The notes below the pieces were generated by a model, which was given only the letters and a program-made list of their open reading frames with translations, had not been told where the DNA came from and searched no databases. Of a stretch of DNA of 64,000 nt, positions 63,635 to 64,000 are shown piece by piece. How positions within the stretch are numbered: position 1 is the stretch's first letter; each line of letters begins with the position of its first letter. The translations under genes were made by a program, and so were the position numbers. Source of the stretch: Flavobacteriales bacterium (GTDB lineage Bacteria > Bacteroidota > Bacteroidia > NS11-12g > UBA955); assembly GCA_947447955.1 (NCBI GenBank), contig CANFLS010000002.1:9072-73071 (forward strand), given 5' to 3'.

Positions 63635-63733
63635 GGTGCAAAGATACGAATTCAAAATTAAAGTCGCCGAAAAAGTCCCTCAAACCGCTACTTTCTGTTC
63701 CTTCCGAATCGTTTTTTCCCTATTTTTGAAGCA

Positions 63734-64000
63734 ATGAAAATAATTTCTTACAACGTAAACGGTATTCGCAGTGCAACCACCAAAGGACTTTATGAATATT
63801 TAATGGCCGAGGGTGCCGATATTGTTTGCTTTCAAGAACTAAAGGCGCTTCCAGAGCAAATTGATCAAGCTCCTCTTGAAGAAATGGGCTACAATTGCCA
63901 TTGGTTTTCAGCCCAAAAGAAAGGCTACAGCGGCGTAGGAATTATTTCAAAACACAAACCTAACAATGTAGTTTACGGTTGTGAAAATGATCTTTTTGAT
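63734..64000 (+). CDS. xth: Exodeoxyribonuclease III (Xth/APE family), 3'-truncated by the window end
   Basis: 'MKIISYNVNGIRSA...IVCFQELK...GYSGVGI' are the N-terminal EEP-nuclease motifs. Confidence 0.75.
   Translation, partial: MKIISYNVNGIRSATTKGLYEYLMAEGADIVCFQELKALPEQIDQAPLEEMGYNCHWFSAQKKGYSGVGIISKHKPNNVVYGCENDLFD

Overview
The window is AT-rich and looks like Bacteroidota chromosome, most plausibly Flavobacteriia or Sphingobacteriia. It contains many T9SS C-terminal sorting domains, a PorE-like TPR/beta-propeller/OmpA lipoprotein, kdsA, lpxB, surE, anmK, pepT, and tRNA-Asp, tRNA-Pro and tRNA-Ala genes.

The left ~12.4 kb (1..12480) is an integrative mobile element inserted next to the 3' end of tRNA-Asp(GUC). 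It carries a tyrosine integrase, an Xis-like HTH protein, an AAA_25 RepA/primase-type helicase, an AAA_24 (Sak4-like) ATPase, a DUF3871-like protein and a RadC/JAB protein. It also carries a compact minus-strand cargo operon at 3794..7097. That operon encodes a multi-zinc-ribbon protein with a C-terminal Vsr/DUF559-like endonuclease fold and a 243-aa caspase-like (C14/CHAT-type His-Cys dyad) protease. It also encodes a 100-aa protein whose start is overlapped by the protease gene, two paralogous ~100-aa proteins, and the C-terminal remnant of a third paralogue. This is my best candidate for an undescribed defence or abortive-infection-type system.

Other notable content:
- A tripartite hipB-hipS-hipT-like toxin-antitoxin locus (HTH, HipA N-subdomain protein, HipA-like kinase), bracketed by copies of a ~115-bp hairpin-containing repeat family. 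Two further tandem copies of that repeat sit just downstream of tRNA-Pro.
- A 'four-helix-bundle' (23S IVS-type) protein gene carried on a small cassette bounded by inverted arrays of a GATTAGAC 9-mer.
- Two DUF4143/AAA_14 ATPase genes, each preceded by palindromic operator-like repeats with the related half-sites TTTAGTCAG and TTTACTCAG. They flank a GC-rich threonine aldolase gene.
- A LytTR response regulator / LytS-type histidine kinase pair, and a 1248-aa T9SS type-B adhesin-like protein with about six Cys-containing tandem repeats.

The rest is ordinary housekeeping and envelope content.
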